A program made the translations under genes and the position numbers. The notes under the pieces are model-generated. The model was not told the DNA's origin, ran no database searches, and was given only the letters and a program-made list of their open reading frames with translations. From a virus (lineage: Duplodnaviria > Caudoviricetes), in IMG/VR virus record IMGVR_UViG_3300030106_002604, positions 1-55,909 of that record: a stretch of DNA of 55,909 bases. One strand, 5' to 3'. Below are positions 8,375-16,197 of this stretch, piece by piece (position 1 is the first letter of the stretch; each line of letters begins with the position of its first letter).

Positions 8375-8504
8375 GACATAGACTACCCTCTGCAAACACC
8401 TTCAGATTTTTTTACACGTTAGGCAAACAGGGATACAAGTGATATGTTTGCGTGTGCTTGTCTGCGTTGGGTAGTTTCGACTAATCGAGTCTCATCAGTA
8501 TGCC
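8375..8504 (-). ncRNA. Type I hammerhead ribozyme with extended stem III
   Basis: GGCAUA-CUGAUGA-GAC(UCGAUUA)GUC-GAAA-CUACCC-[~80 nt]-GGGUAG-UC-UAUGUC; all core residues and three stems present; predicted cut between 8381 and 8380. Confidence 0.9.
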
Positions 8505-8929
8505 TATAATAATATTTCTTTCTGGTTTTTACAGTCATAAATTGCGATTTCGCCGCGTTTTTTCGCTATGTCCGTAGCTACGTCTAGGTTATACAGGTGT
8601 TGCACAAGGTCGAAGTATATCTGTCCTTCGTGTACCCATGTGCCTACACCCATGCCTGCCTTGTACAAGTTGCTTGTGTAATCGCCAAGTTTTAGTTGAT
8701 ACTTATCCCATAGCTTTTTGAACGCTTTGAAGTGTGTGCTCACATCAGGGTATGCGCTCCCGTCAACCTCTGCGTACATAGTGGTTGGTTCAGTTAGACC
8801 ACCTACGATGTAACCTTCGGTTGGGTTGGTTTTGCCGTCTGCAAGGCTTGTATACCCACCGTCTATGAGCGTATTGGCGTACGGTATACGCTTCTCGTAT
8901 TCTTTCAGTAAGTTCATAGAATAATTCAT
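8504..8929 (-). CDS. Early protein (141 aa), function unknown
   Basis: GTW...YFD...A...EIAIYD pattern; its stop codon abuts the ribozyme. Confidence 0.8.
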   Translation of the reverse strand: MNYSMNLLKEYEKRIPYANTLIDGGYTSLADGKTNPTEGYIVGGLTEPTTMYAEVDGSAYPDVSTHFKAFKKLWDKYQLKLGDYTSNLYKAGMGVGTWVHEGQIYFDLVQHLYNLDVATDIAKKRGEIAIYDCKNQKEILL

Positions 8930-8952
8930 GATGTATAAAATTTTGGTTTGTA

Positions 8953-9006
8953 AGAGGGTTTATATACTACTCTCATAAATGAGAGGAGTAGTATATTAAA
9001 CCTTCT
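8953..9006. other. Long imperfect inverted repeat (hairpin)
   Basis: AGAGGGTTTA-TATACTACTC...GAGTAGTATA-T-TAAACCTTCT. Confidence 0.8.
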
Positions 9007-9011
9007 AAAGG

Positions 9012-9060
9012 TTAGAGCCAAGAGGGGATTCGAACCCCTTCGCACCCTGTGTGCTTGGCT
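9012..9060 (-). ncRNA. Minimal tRNA-like element (acceptor stem + T-arm, 46-nt core)
   Basis: AGCCAAG-CACACAGGGUGCGA-AGGGG-UUCGAAU-CCCCU-CUUGGCU-CUAA; perfect 7+5 bp; intergenic. Confidence 0.8.
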
Positions 9061-9068
9061 TGTGTGTG

Positions 9069-9464
9069 TTACGCCACCTGTGGCGCACCGTCCATGAGCG
9101 CCTTGCAGTAGCGAACAGCATCTTCAACTGAGTAACCTATCGAACGAAGTTCGCTGAATTCAGGTAGCGTATTCACCTCTGCAACGTCTTCGGGTATGAA
9201 GTTCTCAGCTATCGCTGATTGCTTTTGCGCTTGCGCCTCGAGCTTTTGGTTTTTCGAAACCTTTCGCTTTGCCTTGCGCTTTGGCTTGCGCTTTGGTGTA
9301 GGTGCTACTTCTTCGAGGTTAGACACAAAGTTGGCTAAAGTCTCCATAGACTCTGACAGCTCCCTAAGGAGCTTCACAGCGTGTGCCTTGCGCTCTGCTG
9401 TAGGGTTGAACTTCGCTTGATTAAAGGCTTTCTTTGCCTGCTTGATGAGTGTGCTTGTAAGCAT
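9069..9464 (-). CDS. First early gene, basic hypothetical protein (131 aa)
   Basis: ATG 9464 downstream of the promoter; KRKPKRKAKRK patch. Confidence 0.75.
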   Translation of the reverse strand: MLTSTLIKQAKKAFNQAKFNPTAERKAHAVKLLRELSESMETLANFVSNLEEVAPTPKRKPKRKAKRKVSKNQKLEAQAQKQSAIAENFIPEDVAEVNTLPEFSELRSIGYSVEDAVRYCKALMDGAPQVA

Positions 9465-9512
9465 GATGTAAGATTTTTGGTTTGTACCCTTCGATTTTCG
9501 AAAAGCATACCA

Positions 9513-9544
9513 CAAAGATAGGGAAATAAAACACCGATGTCAAA
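9513..9544 (-). promoter_or_regulatory. Major early promoter TTTG-N20-TATCTTTG
   Basis: Perfect Bacteroidota consensus at the head of the leftward arm. Confidence 0.85.
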
Positions 9545-10298
9545 TTTTTTAGGGATTAATTTCGTGCGCGATTTCTCCCGCAGGAAGGTTACGAAGTAAC
9601 CCGCGTGGAAACAGGCGAAAATTTGGGCTATGGCGCGAGCGCTTGCGAGTGCATGAGGCGCACATGAGGCGAGGGGATTTTGTACTGATAATTGAATTGT
9701 CAATACAAAGCTTAATACTAAGCTACGCTTAGTATTATAATTGTCAATACTAAGTAGGAATTATCAATAGTAAATCCCCTGAAAGGGGAACGTATATTTA
9801 AAGCAAAGGTTTAGGTAGGTGATTGTCCCACGCTTACAATCATTGCAATACGTGCTGCGTTGTGAAGCTATGCTTTAGGTAGATTTACTTAAGTGACTGG
9901 TTTACAGCAGAGTAAAAAGCTAGAATGTATGCGCAAAACTGCAACTTTGTTGCAGGGGGTGGTCAAAAAAAGTCGTTTCGGGTGCGCTACGCTAGCGTCG
10001 TGTAATATATATAATCCCCATCCTCTACATTTCTGGCATTTTTTTCGAGATTGCCTACAGATCTGCCGAAATCTAGCAGGATTCTACACTTATATCAATC
10101 ACGCTAATTTACTTTAGAGGCCATAACGCTGTGATTTGCAACTTTTTAGATGCTGTTTCTTAAATAATCTCTTTAATCTTGACTTTTAAAAAAAAAGTTT
10201 ATACCTTTACGGCATCGACAATGAAGATGATAGGCTGTTCAGATGTATTTTTGTATGTACTGAAGAGTCTATTGTAGTTTAAACGCAAGAATAGTTGT
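9545..10298. other. Divergent non-coding control region (candidate origin / genome end)
   Basis: Longest gap, strand switch, direct repeats AATTRTCAATAS x3, palindromes, G-run at ~9955. Confidence 0.55.
10178..10209 (+). promoter_or_regulatory. Putative rightward promoter CTTG-N20-TACCTTTA
   Basis: Near-consensus with 20-nt spacer. Confidence 0.45.
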
Positions 10299-10592
10299 AT
10301 GCGAGTAAAAAAGAGAGACCCTAAGGTAGGTACTGGGAAGAAACCCAAAGGATCTGGTAGAAGACTCTACACAGACGAGAATCCTAAGGATACTGTCCGC
10401 ATTAAGTTTGCTACACCAGCAGATGCTAGAGCTACTGTTGCTAAAGTTAAGAGAAGTGGGAAACCATTTGCAAGAAAAATACAGATTCTTACTGTAGGAG
10501 AACAGAGAGCAAAGGTGATGAAGAAGAATGAAGTGGTGAATATATTTAAAAAGGGTAAAGACTCTATACGTCGTGAAAGTAAAAAAGAATAA
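10299..10592 (+). CDS. Small basic phage protein (97 aa)
   Basis: GTGKKPKGSGRRLYTDENP; first ORF of the plus arm. Confidence 0.75.
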   Translation: MRVKKRDPKVGTGKKPKGSGRRLYTDENPKDTVRIKFATPADARATVAKVKRSGKPFARKIQILTVGEQRAKVMKKNEVVNIFKKGKDSIRRESKKE

Positions 10593-10692
10593 ATTTGTAG
10601 CTAGCGAAATAAAAAAGCTAATGAAGAAGGGTAAGCCTATGAAACAGGCTGTTGCCATAGCTCTGAGCATGTATGAAAGGAAAAATAAATAA
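10573..10692 (+). CDS. Small basic protein (39 aa, MKVKKNKF...KQAVAIALS...)
   Basis: Manual translation from GTG; QAVAIALS motif also in the 27682 ORF (QAAIAIA). Confidence 0.6.
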   Translation: MKVKKNKFVASEIKKLMKKGKPMKQAVAIALSMYERKNK

Positions 10693-10695
10693 CCT

Positions 10696-10703
10696 TATAT
10701 TTG
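10696..10703 (+). promoter_or_regulatory. -7 box TATATTTG
   Basis: Intergenic, 4 nt before ATG 10708. Confidence 0.55.
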
Positions 10704-10707
10704 CATC

Positions 10708-11370
10708 ATGCCACACACGCCCGATCATAAAGGACTCTTGAAGACAGATAGATTGTCAGCTTCAGAAAGAAGTAGACTTCGTACCTTGAGGAGAAAGAAA
10801 AAAAGTGGATCTTTATCTGGCAGTCAGCTTGCAGAGCTTAAAGGTTTAAGAAAACAAAGAAGAAAAGCTATAGGTAAAGACTTATTAAAAGCAGGTGCAT
10901 TAGTTGGAGGAGCAGCTTTAGCAGCACCAGCCTTAGCTGGAGGAGCAGCAGCAGCAGCGGGAGGTACAGGTGCAGCAGGTGCAGGAGGTGCAGGAGCAGG
11001 TAAATTACTAGGGTTAGGTAAGTTGGGTAAGTTAGGTAAGGCTATTGAGGGTGCAGATAAGCTAGGTAAAATAGGTAAAGCTGTTGAGGGTGCAGATAAG
11101 CTAGGTAAATTAAAAAAGGCTGTTGATGTTGTAGGCGACGTTAAGGAAGTTGCAGAAGGTGTAAAAGAAGTAACAGGAGCATTAGGTGATGTTAAAGATT
11201 TAGTAGCTCCTAAGCCTTTAATGGAAGATATGATTGGAGAACCACAACCTATACAGCCTACACAGCTACCTCAGATAGACAATACTGTACAAGGTGGTGG
11301 GCTTGCTGGTTTAGCAAATACTTTTAAGTATGGCGGTAGAGTTAGAAAGAAAAAGAAAAAGAAAATATAA
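10708..11370 (+). CDS. Gly/Ala-rich putative internal virion protein
   Basis: Basic N-terminus, Gly/Ala tract, 13-aa tandem repeat, KYGGRVRKKK tail. Confidence 0.7.
   Translation: MPHTPDHKGLLKTDRLSASERSRLRTLRRKKKSGSLSGSQLAELKGLRKQRRKAIGKDLLKAGALVGGAALAAPALAGGAAAAAGGTGAAGAGGAGAGKLLGLGKLGKLGKAIEGADKLGKIGKAVEGADKLGKLKKAVDVVGDVKEVAEGVKEVTGALGDVKDLVAPKPLMEDMIGEPQPIQPTQLPQIDNTVQGGGLAGLANTFKYGGRVRKKKKKKI
11035..11112 (+). repeat. 39-bp tandem repeat x2 within CDS
   Basis: GKA(I/V)EGADKLGK(I/L) encoded twice. Confidence 0.85.
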
Positions 11371-11801
11371 TGGCAACATTAAACGTAACCATAACAGAAG
11401 ACTTAACATTAAGTGGTCAAACAATAGGGAGTAGTAATACAGCTTCTTATAGTGTCACATCTGTCGATCATAGAATTATTACATGCACTGTAACAGAACA
11501 AACAGTTCTTTTGTTTAATAGTGCTGATGCAGCTGGAACAATAAAAGATGCAACTCTTAAATACTTAAGACTTACAAACCTAGATACTACAAACTTTATA
11601 GTTATAAGAGTAAAAGGAAACAGCGAAGAATACTTTCAAAAGGTTCCTGCAGGATCTAGCTTTTTGTTAACTGACAGTCAAATGGACGCTAATGCTACAG
11701 GAGGACAGAGTTTATCACTAGCCAATATAGATGAAATATCTATTGATGCAGATTCAGCTTCTGTAGATGTAGAAGTTTATGCAGCGTCAGACCCATCATA
11801 A
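11370..11801 (+). CDS. Putative virion structural protein (beta-rich)
   Basis: MATLNVTITE..., YLRLTNLD; similar to the 28462 and 28860 ORFs. Confidence 0.7.
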   Translation: MATLNVTITEDLTLSGQTIGSSNTASYSVTSVDHRIITCTVTEQTVLLFNSADAAGTIKDATLKYLRLTNLDTTNFIVIRVKGNSEEYFQKVPAGSSFLLTDSQMDANATGGQSLSLANIDEISIDADSASVDVEVYAASDPS

Positions 11802-11810
11802 TTATATAAT

Positions 11811-13490
11811 ATGAAAATAAAAAAATTCGGACACGGGGGAATGATGAGCGACAACGGTAAGCTCGCTATCATGATTAAAAGATTTCTAAGCGGAGGAAAA
11901 CTCTATAGGCATGGTGGTGAGTTTCATAACGCTCAAGGACAACCTACTAACGAAAAAGGAGAGCGTATACCAGATGATCCGCTTGTAGCAGTTGCATCTG
12001 ATGCGGAACGTAGATCTGGAGCAGCTGGTGATGATGGTTCTGCACAAACAGGTAGGATAAGAGGGGGAACAACACGACCTGAGCAACAAACAGGTAGCAC
12101 TATAGCTACTCCAGAGCAAGCTGAATTAATGACTCAAGGAACAGGTGAAGGAACTGTGGCATCTTTTAATACAGAGCCTATATCTCCAGACATGTCTCAA
12201 GATCAGTTTGAACTAGCTATGCAGTCTCCGTTTGTTGCTGAACAGTTTAAAGGAATGGATATCCAAACTCCACAGCAGCTTGCAGAAGCTTACGAAGGTT
12301 TTAAATCTCAGGCAACTTCAGCCATCAGAGAAAACGAGGAAGGAGTTGCTAATGCTGCAAGAGAGCTTGCTAAGACTAATGAGAACTTTAGAATAAAATT
12401 AGAAACCTTAGGTGACAACCCAACAGATAAAGAAATAGCTGATTTAATGATACAGCAAAATACTGATGGCTTGCTTGGTGATCTACACGGAGCAGTTGTT
12501 GATCAGTTCTTACCTGCAACGCAACTTAACGCATTTTATTTCCCCCGCTATCAAGAAGTAGGTAAACGCTTTGTAACCGAGACTACTATTAATGGTCAAA
12601 AAGTAGCTGCAGATAAACCTATTTTTACTAGCATACAGGATAAAGGAATAAAGACTAAAGCTGGGATGGAAAAACTTTTCCAAGATGCAACCGACGCTGG
12701 AGTAGACTTAACAAAAAACATAGCTGCAACAGAGGATTTTTTAAGAACTTGGTTTACAGATTCAGCCAATGAAGAATTTATTTCAACTGCACAAGGCGTT
12801 GAAAGAATGATTACGGGAGGAACTGGTATAAACGATATAAAACGTCCAGAGTTTATTAAGACGATGTTTATGGATGCCATGAAGAAAGAGAATTCAACAG
12901 TTCCAACATTTGACCAAATGGGTGAATACCGTCAACTCATAAAGCTCAGGGGTCAGGAGGCAGCCGATGCATTTGCTGAAAGGGAAGGTTTTGATCCAAC
13001 TCGTCAATTGGGTAAAAGTGAAAATTTCAAAGTTATTAAGAACGGAGATAAAACTAAACAAGATACTGAGGCAGCTTTGCAATCTAGATCGGATCAAGCA
13101 GAAGAAAAAGCAAGGGAGAGATACAGAAGTATGAATCCTAATTTCGATGCTCGAATGACCGAAATGGAACAGATAGAGGCTTATAACGAAAAGGAAGGCA
13201 CAAACTTTAGGAGCTATTCTGCCATGATGGAGGATATGCAAAGAAAAACTAAAGATGCTTTTCAAGAGAGAAAGAGAGAGGGGATGGAGAATATTAAGGA
13301 AGAGAGGAGACAAGAATTCTTAGACGAGTATTTTAAAAGTAGAGGAATAAACCGTACAGAGGCTACTGAATTTCAATTGGCGTTAGCAGATAGGGCTTTT
13401 GAAAGATCATTTGGTCAGGGCGGAATGAGAGTTCTTAAACGTGCAGGTAAATCTCCTATAGGTGCGTTATCTGCATTGTTTAAAAAATAG
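11811..13490 (+). CDS. Putative internal virion protein (559 aa, helical)
   Basis: Long ORF; xxGG motifs at both termini. Confidence 0.7.
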   Translation: MKIKKFGHGGMMSDNGKLAIMIKRFLSGGKLYRHGGEFHNAQGQPTNEKGERIPDDPLVAVASDAERRSGAAGDDGSAQTGRIRGGTTRPEQQTGSTIATPEQAELMTQGTGEGTVASFNTEPISPDMSQDQFELAMQSPFVAEQFKGMDIQTPQQLAEAYEGFKSQATSAIRENEEGVANAARELAKTNENFRIKLETLGDNPTDKEIADLMIQQNTDGLLGDLHGAVVDQFLPATQLNAFYFPRYQEVGKRFVTETTINGQKVAADKPIFTSIQDKGIKTKAGMEKLFQDATDAGVDLTKNIAATEDFLRTWFTDSANEEFISTAQGVERMITGGTGINDIKRPEFIKTMFMDAMKKENSTVPTFDQMGEYRQLIKLRGQEAADAFAEREGFDPTRQLGKSENFKVIKNGDKTKQDTEAALQSRSDQAEEKARERYRSMNPNFDARMTEMEQIEAYNEKEGTNFRSYSAMMEDMQRKTKDAFQERKREGMENIKEERRQEFLDEYFKSRGINRTEATEFQLALADRAFERSFGQGGMRVLKRAGKSPIGALSALFKK

Positions 13491-14078
13491 TTAATTAGAA
13501 CTCCATCCGTGGTACGGCTCGTCAGTAAAGCAGTTGTACATGTATGTGTTTTTCCCATCTATGCTTAACCCGCAGTGCTTTTGACCAGCTTCAAGCTTGA
13601 TGTTTCTTCTTATACCTAAAGTATTTCTGTAGTAAAAGCCCTCACCAATATTAGCAGCTGTTGCACCTAACAACTCTCCAGTTTCTTTATTACGAGCGTA
13701 TACGTGGTATATACCAAACCCATTACATTCAAAGGTCATAATGATTTGACCATCATGCTCCGCAGTTTGAACTCTGTTACTCTCTATTGATCTGGCAATA
13801 AACTCATCATCAATAACTGGGTCGTACCTGTATGATCGACGAACTCTTTCATCGTAAGGGGTTGTCCAGTAGTATGTATTGTCACAATCTGTACAATTAG
13901 GGTCATGAGGAGCATCGTAGTTAGGATCTTTCCAAACCTCCCACATGATTAAAGACCTGTCAACTCCACCTTGATTAAAAGCACAGCTTATAACTACAGT
14001 GCTACCTCTTGTTGGTTCGTCTTGCGCATTTACTGTTATGGATAGTAATGCTGCAGTAAATAAAAATAAATTTCTCAT
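13491..14078 (-). CDS. Exported protein with Sec signal peptide (195 aa)
   Basis: MRNLFLFTAALLSITVNA-Q; opposite strand with its own promoter. Confidence 0.75.
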   Translation of the reverse strand: MRNLFLFTAALLSITVNAQDEPTRGSTVVISCAFNQGGVDRSLIMWEVWKDPNYDAPHDPNCTDCDNTYYWTTPYDERVRRSYRYDPVIDDEFIARSIESNRVQTAEHDGQIIMTFECNGFGIYHVYARNKETGELLGATAANIGEGFYYRNTLGIRRNIKLEAGQKHCGLSIDGKNTYMYNCFTDEPYHGWSSN

Positions 14079-14131
14079 AACGTATAAATTAAGGGTTAAC
14101 AAATCAGTCGTATATTTGGACTGCTGATCTC

Positions 14132-14160
14132 AGTATACGATAAAGTTTTCGTAAAAACAA
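14132..14160 (-). promoter_or_regulatory. Promoter TTGTTT-N17-TATACT
   Basis: Sigma70-like geometry upstream of the exported-protein gene. Confidence 0.45.
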
Positions 14161-14167
14161 ATTTTGA

Positions 14168-14299
14168 TTGAAAAAAAAATATTTCAACGCTAAGAAAAAA
14201 CGTAAGGAATCATCAGTAGAAGCTGAGAAAATAAGACTGAATAAATTAAAAAATGAAACTAGAAGTAATAAGATTCAACAAAGGGAAAGATTCAACTAA
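14168..14299 (+). CDS. Possible small basic protein (43 aa)
   Basis: TTG-start ORF MKKKYFNAKKKRK... overlapping the next gene. Confidence 0.3.
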   Translation: MKKKYFNAKKKRKESSVEAEKIRLNKLKNETRSNKIQQRERFN

Positions 14300-14771
14300 C
14301 GGTATATTATTCGATATAACAGATGGACCACGAAGATTTCTATGCTACACGCTGGAAGACGAAAGTCGCAAGGAAAAGGTTTACGGAGAAACTTGTATAC
14401 CTGAAGGAGAGTATAATATCGGCTTTAGAACTGTGGGTGGATATCACGCCAAGTACAGTAAGAGATTTGCTGACATACACAAAGGTATGCTTCATGTCTT
14501 GGATGTGCCAAACTTTGAATATATTCTTCTTCACTGTGGTAATACTGATGAGGACACTGCGGGATGTTTACTGCTGGGTGACACGCAAGAAAACAACAAC
14601 ACAAAAAAAGACGGTTTTATAGGAAAGAGTACTACTGCCTACAAGCGTGTATACCCGCCTATAGCAAAAGCATTAGAAGACGGAGAGGAGGTAACTATCG
14701 TATATAGAGATTTTGCAGAAAGCCTTATATTGCAACCGTCGGATATAACTGAATTTTTAGGAGAATGTTAG
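14253..14771 (+). CDS. DUF5675-type L,D-peptidase-like lysis protein
   Basis: CYTLED...TCIPEGEY...ILLHCGNTDEDTAGCLLLG (His/Cys motif). Confidence 0.8.
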   Translation: MKLEVIRFNKGKDSTNGILFDITDGPRRFLCYTLEDESRKEKVYGETCIPEGEYNIGFRTVGGYHAKYSKRFADIHKGMLHVLDVPNFEYILLHCGNTDEDTAGCLLLGDTQENNNTKKDGFIGKSTTAYKRVYPPIAKALEDGEEVTIVYRDFAESLILQPSDITEFLGEC

Positions 14772-15526
14772 GATTAGGAACAAGTATATTATCACCATAT
14801 GTAGGAGGTGAAACTCCTTATACAAACACTCACTCTCTTAGTCTTGATGGAGCAGGAACTGGATCAGACGTAGATATGCTCTCTACAAACACTCCACTAC
14901 AATCTCAACTAAGAAACAGCTTTAGTTTTTCCATGTGGGTTAAGCTAGACGAAGGACAACCTTCTCAAAGTAAGTATTTTATTGCTGCTTCATCAGGTAC
15001 GGATATCATAGGTTTTGCAGTTGGAAACACAGGCAAACTTAGCTTTCTTATGATTACATCTGGCGCAGGATCAGTTGGTCGTGCTATAATTAACTCCAAT
15101 GCAGTTGTTTTTAGTTCTGGAGCTAGTGATTGGACTCATTTAGGGGTTGTTACAACTGAAACTGGAGGAACATCAAGCCATAAAATGTATGTTAATGGTC
15201 AAGAAGAAGCTTCAACTTTAAGCTTAGGCTTAAGCGCTGCTCAACACAGTGGATATACCAGCAGCACTAATGTTGCATTTGGTGGGTTCAATACCACAAA
15301 TCCCTCAGGAGGAATTGACGGTTTGATTGATGAGTGTGCATTTTTTGATGATGCCCTTACAGATGCTGAAATGTTGGCTATAGGTGGTGGTGGAGCTCCT
15401 ACAGATATTACGGGGCATGATCACTTATTTCTTTACTACAAGTTGAATAACACCACTACTGATGAAGTAGGAAATAGTAATGGATCGCTTTTAGGTCAAG
15501 CTGCTTTCTCAACCACAACACCTTAA
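14765..15526 (+). CDS. Concanavalin A-like/LamG domain protein
   Basis: SFSMWVK, WTHLGV, MYVNG, GLIDECAFFDDALT. Confidence 0.8.
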   Translation: MLGLGTSILSPYVGGETPYTNTHSLSLDGAGTGSDVDMLSTNTPLQSQLRNSFSFSMWVKLDEGQPSQSKYFIAASSGTDIIGFAVGNTGKLSFLMITSGAGSVGRAIINSNAVVFSSGASDWTHLGVVTTETGGTSSHKMYVNGQEEASTLSLGLSAAQHSGYTSSTNVAFGGFNTTNPSGGIDGLIDECAFFDDALTDAEMLAIGGGGAPTDITGHDHLFLYYKLNNTTTDEVGNSNGSLLGQAAFSTTTP

Positions 15527-15528
15527 CG

Positions 15529-15756
15529 ATGGCTATATACACAATACTTACCGAAGAAGAACTTTTGTCTCAAACAGATTCAGATATACAAGATTTTATT
15601 TTAAATAACTTTGCTGACAACGCAGCAAGCCCAAATAGAATCATGCTTAAGTTTGATGATTCTTTACCAGCTAGTTTAAGTTCTTACGATTCTTACACAG
15701 AGTCTGAAGTTCAAGCAATGCAATCAGACTCTAGTAGCGATTGGTATTTAGGTTAA
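15529..15756 (+). CDS. Hypothetical protein
   Basis: ORF directly following the LamG gene. Confidence 0.65.
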   Translation: MAIYTILTEEELLSQTDSDIQDFILNNFADNAASPNRIMLKFDDSLPASLSSYDSYTESEVQAMQSDSSSDWYLG

Positions 15757-16175
15757 TTATCAAGCTCCCTATAGAAAGACTGAACTAGCAATCTAGCCTT
15801 TTGTGTCAAGGCATACCTTACTCTATAGTTCATTTTAGTTTCTTCTCTGAAGATGTGGTCTTCAAATGTTTGAGATGGTGTTAACCTTTCAAAGTGTTTG
15901 TAAACGTAGCCCTCTTTTGCTAAAGGAAATACTATTCTTTCGCCAATATGTTTTTTAGAGTAATCGTAATCTTTGCTTGCAAAGTCTAAAGTCCAAAATT
16001 CTAAATCGTATGCCCAAAGCATAAACATAAGTTCTTTTTCAAAAATATCATACCTTCTACAGAACTCGTTTATTTTTCTTTTTAAATTTTTAAGGTAGTT
16101 TCTTTTTACGTATCTTTGGTTTAGTTTAGAAAAATCTCTAAACATTTTTTTCTTTTCTACTCTGCTTTTAGGCAT
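15753..16175 (-). CDS. Putative winged-helix (MarR-like) DNA-binding protein
   Basis: LAKEGYV...RYALTQKAR pattern; own TATATTTG box at 16198-16191. Confidence 0.55.
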   Translation of the reverse strand: MPKSRVEKKKMFRDFSKLNQRYVKRNYLKNLKRKINEFCRRYDIFEKELMFMLWAYDLEFWTLDFASKDYDYSKKHIGERIVFPLAKEGYVYKHFERLTPSQTFEDHIFREETKMNYRVRYALTQKARLLVQSFYRELDN

Positions 16176-16197
16176 AAATTAAACTTTCAACAAATAT

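Noticed and set aside
5891-9060. Calling the two T-arm elements canonical tRNA genes
   Set aside because: Neither has a D-stem plus 7-nt anticodon loop or an encoded CCA.
10255-10300. Possible second hammerhead (CTGAAGA at 10260)
   Set aside because: GAAA is TAAA, and stems II and III do not pair convincingly.
9374-10670. ORF-track entries 9374-9703, 9893-10117 and 10269-10670
   Set aside because: They cross promoter/repeat DNA or are antisense shadows of better-supported genes.
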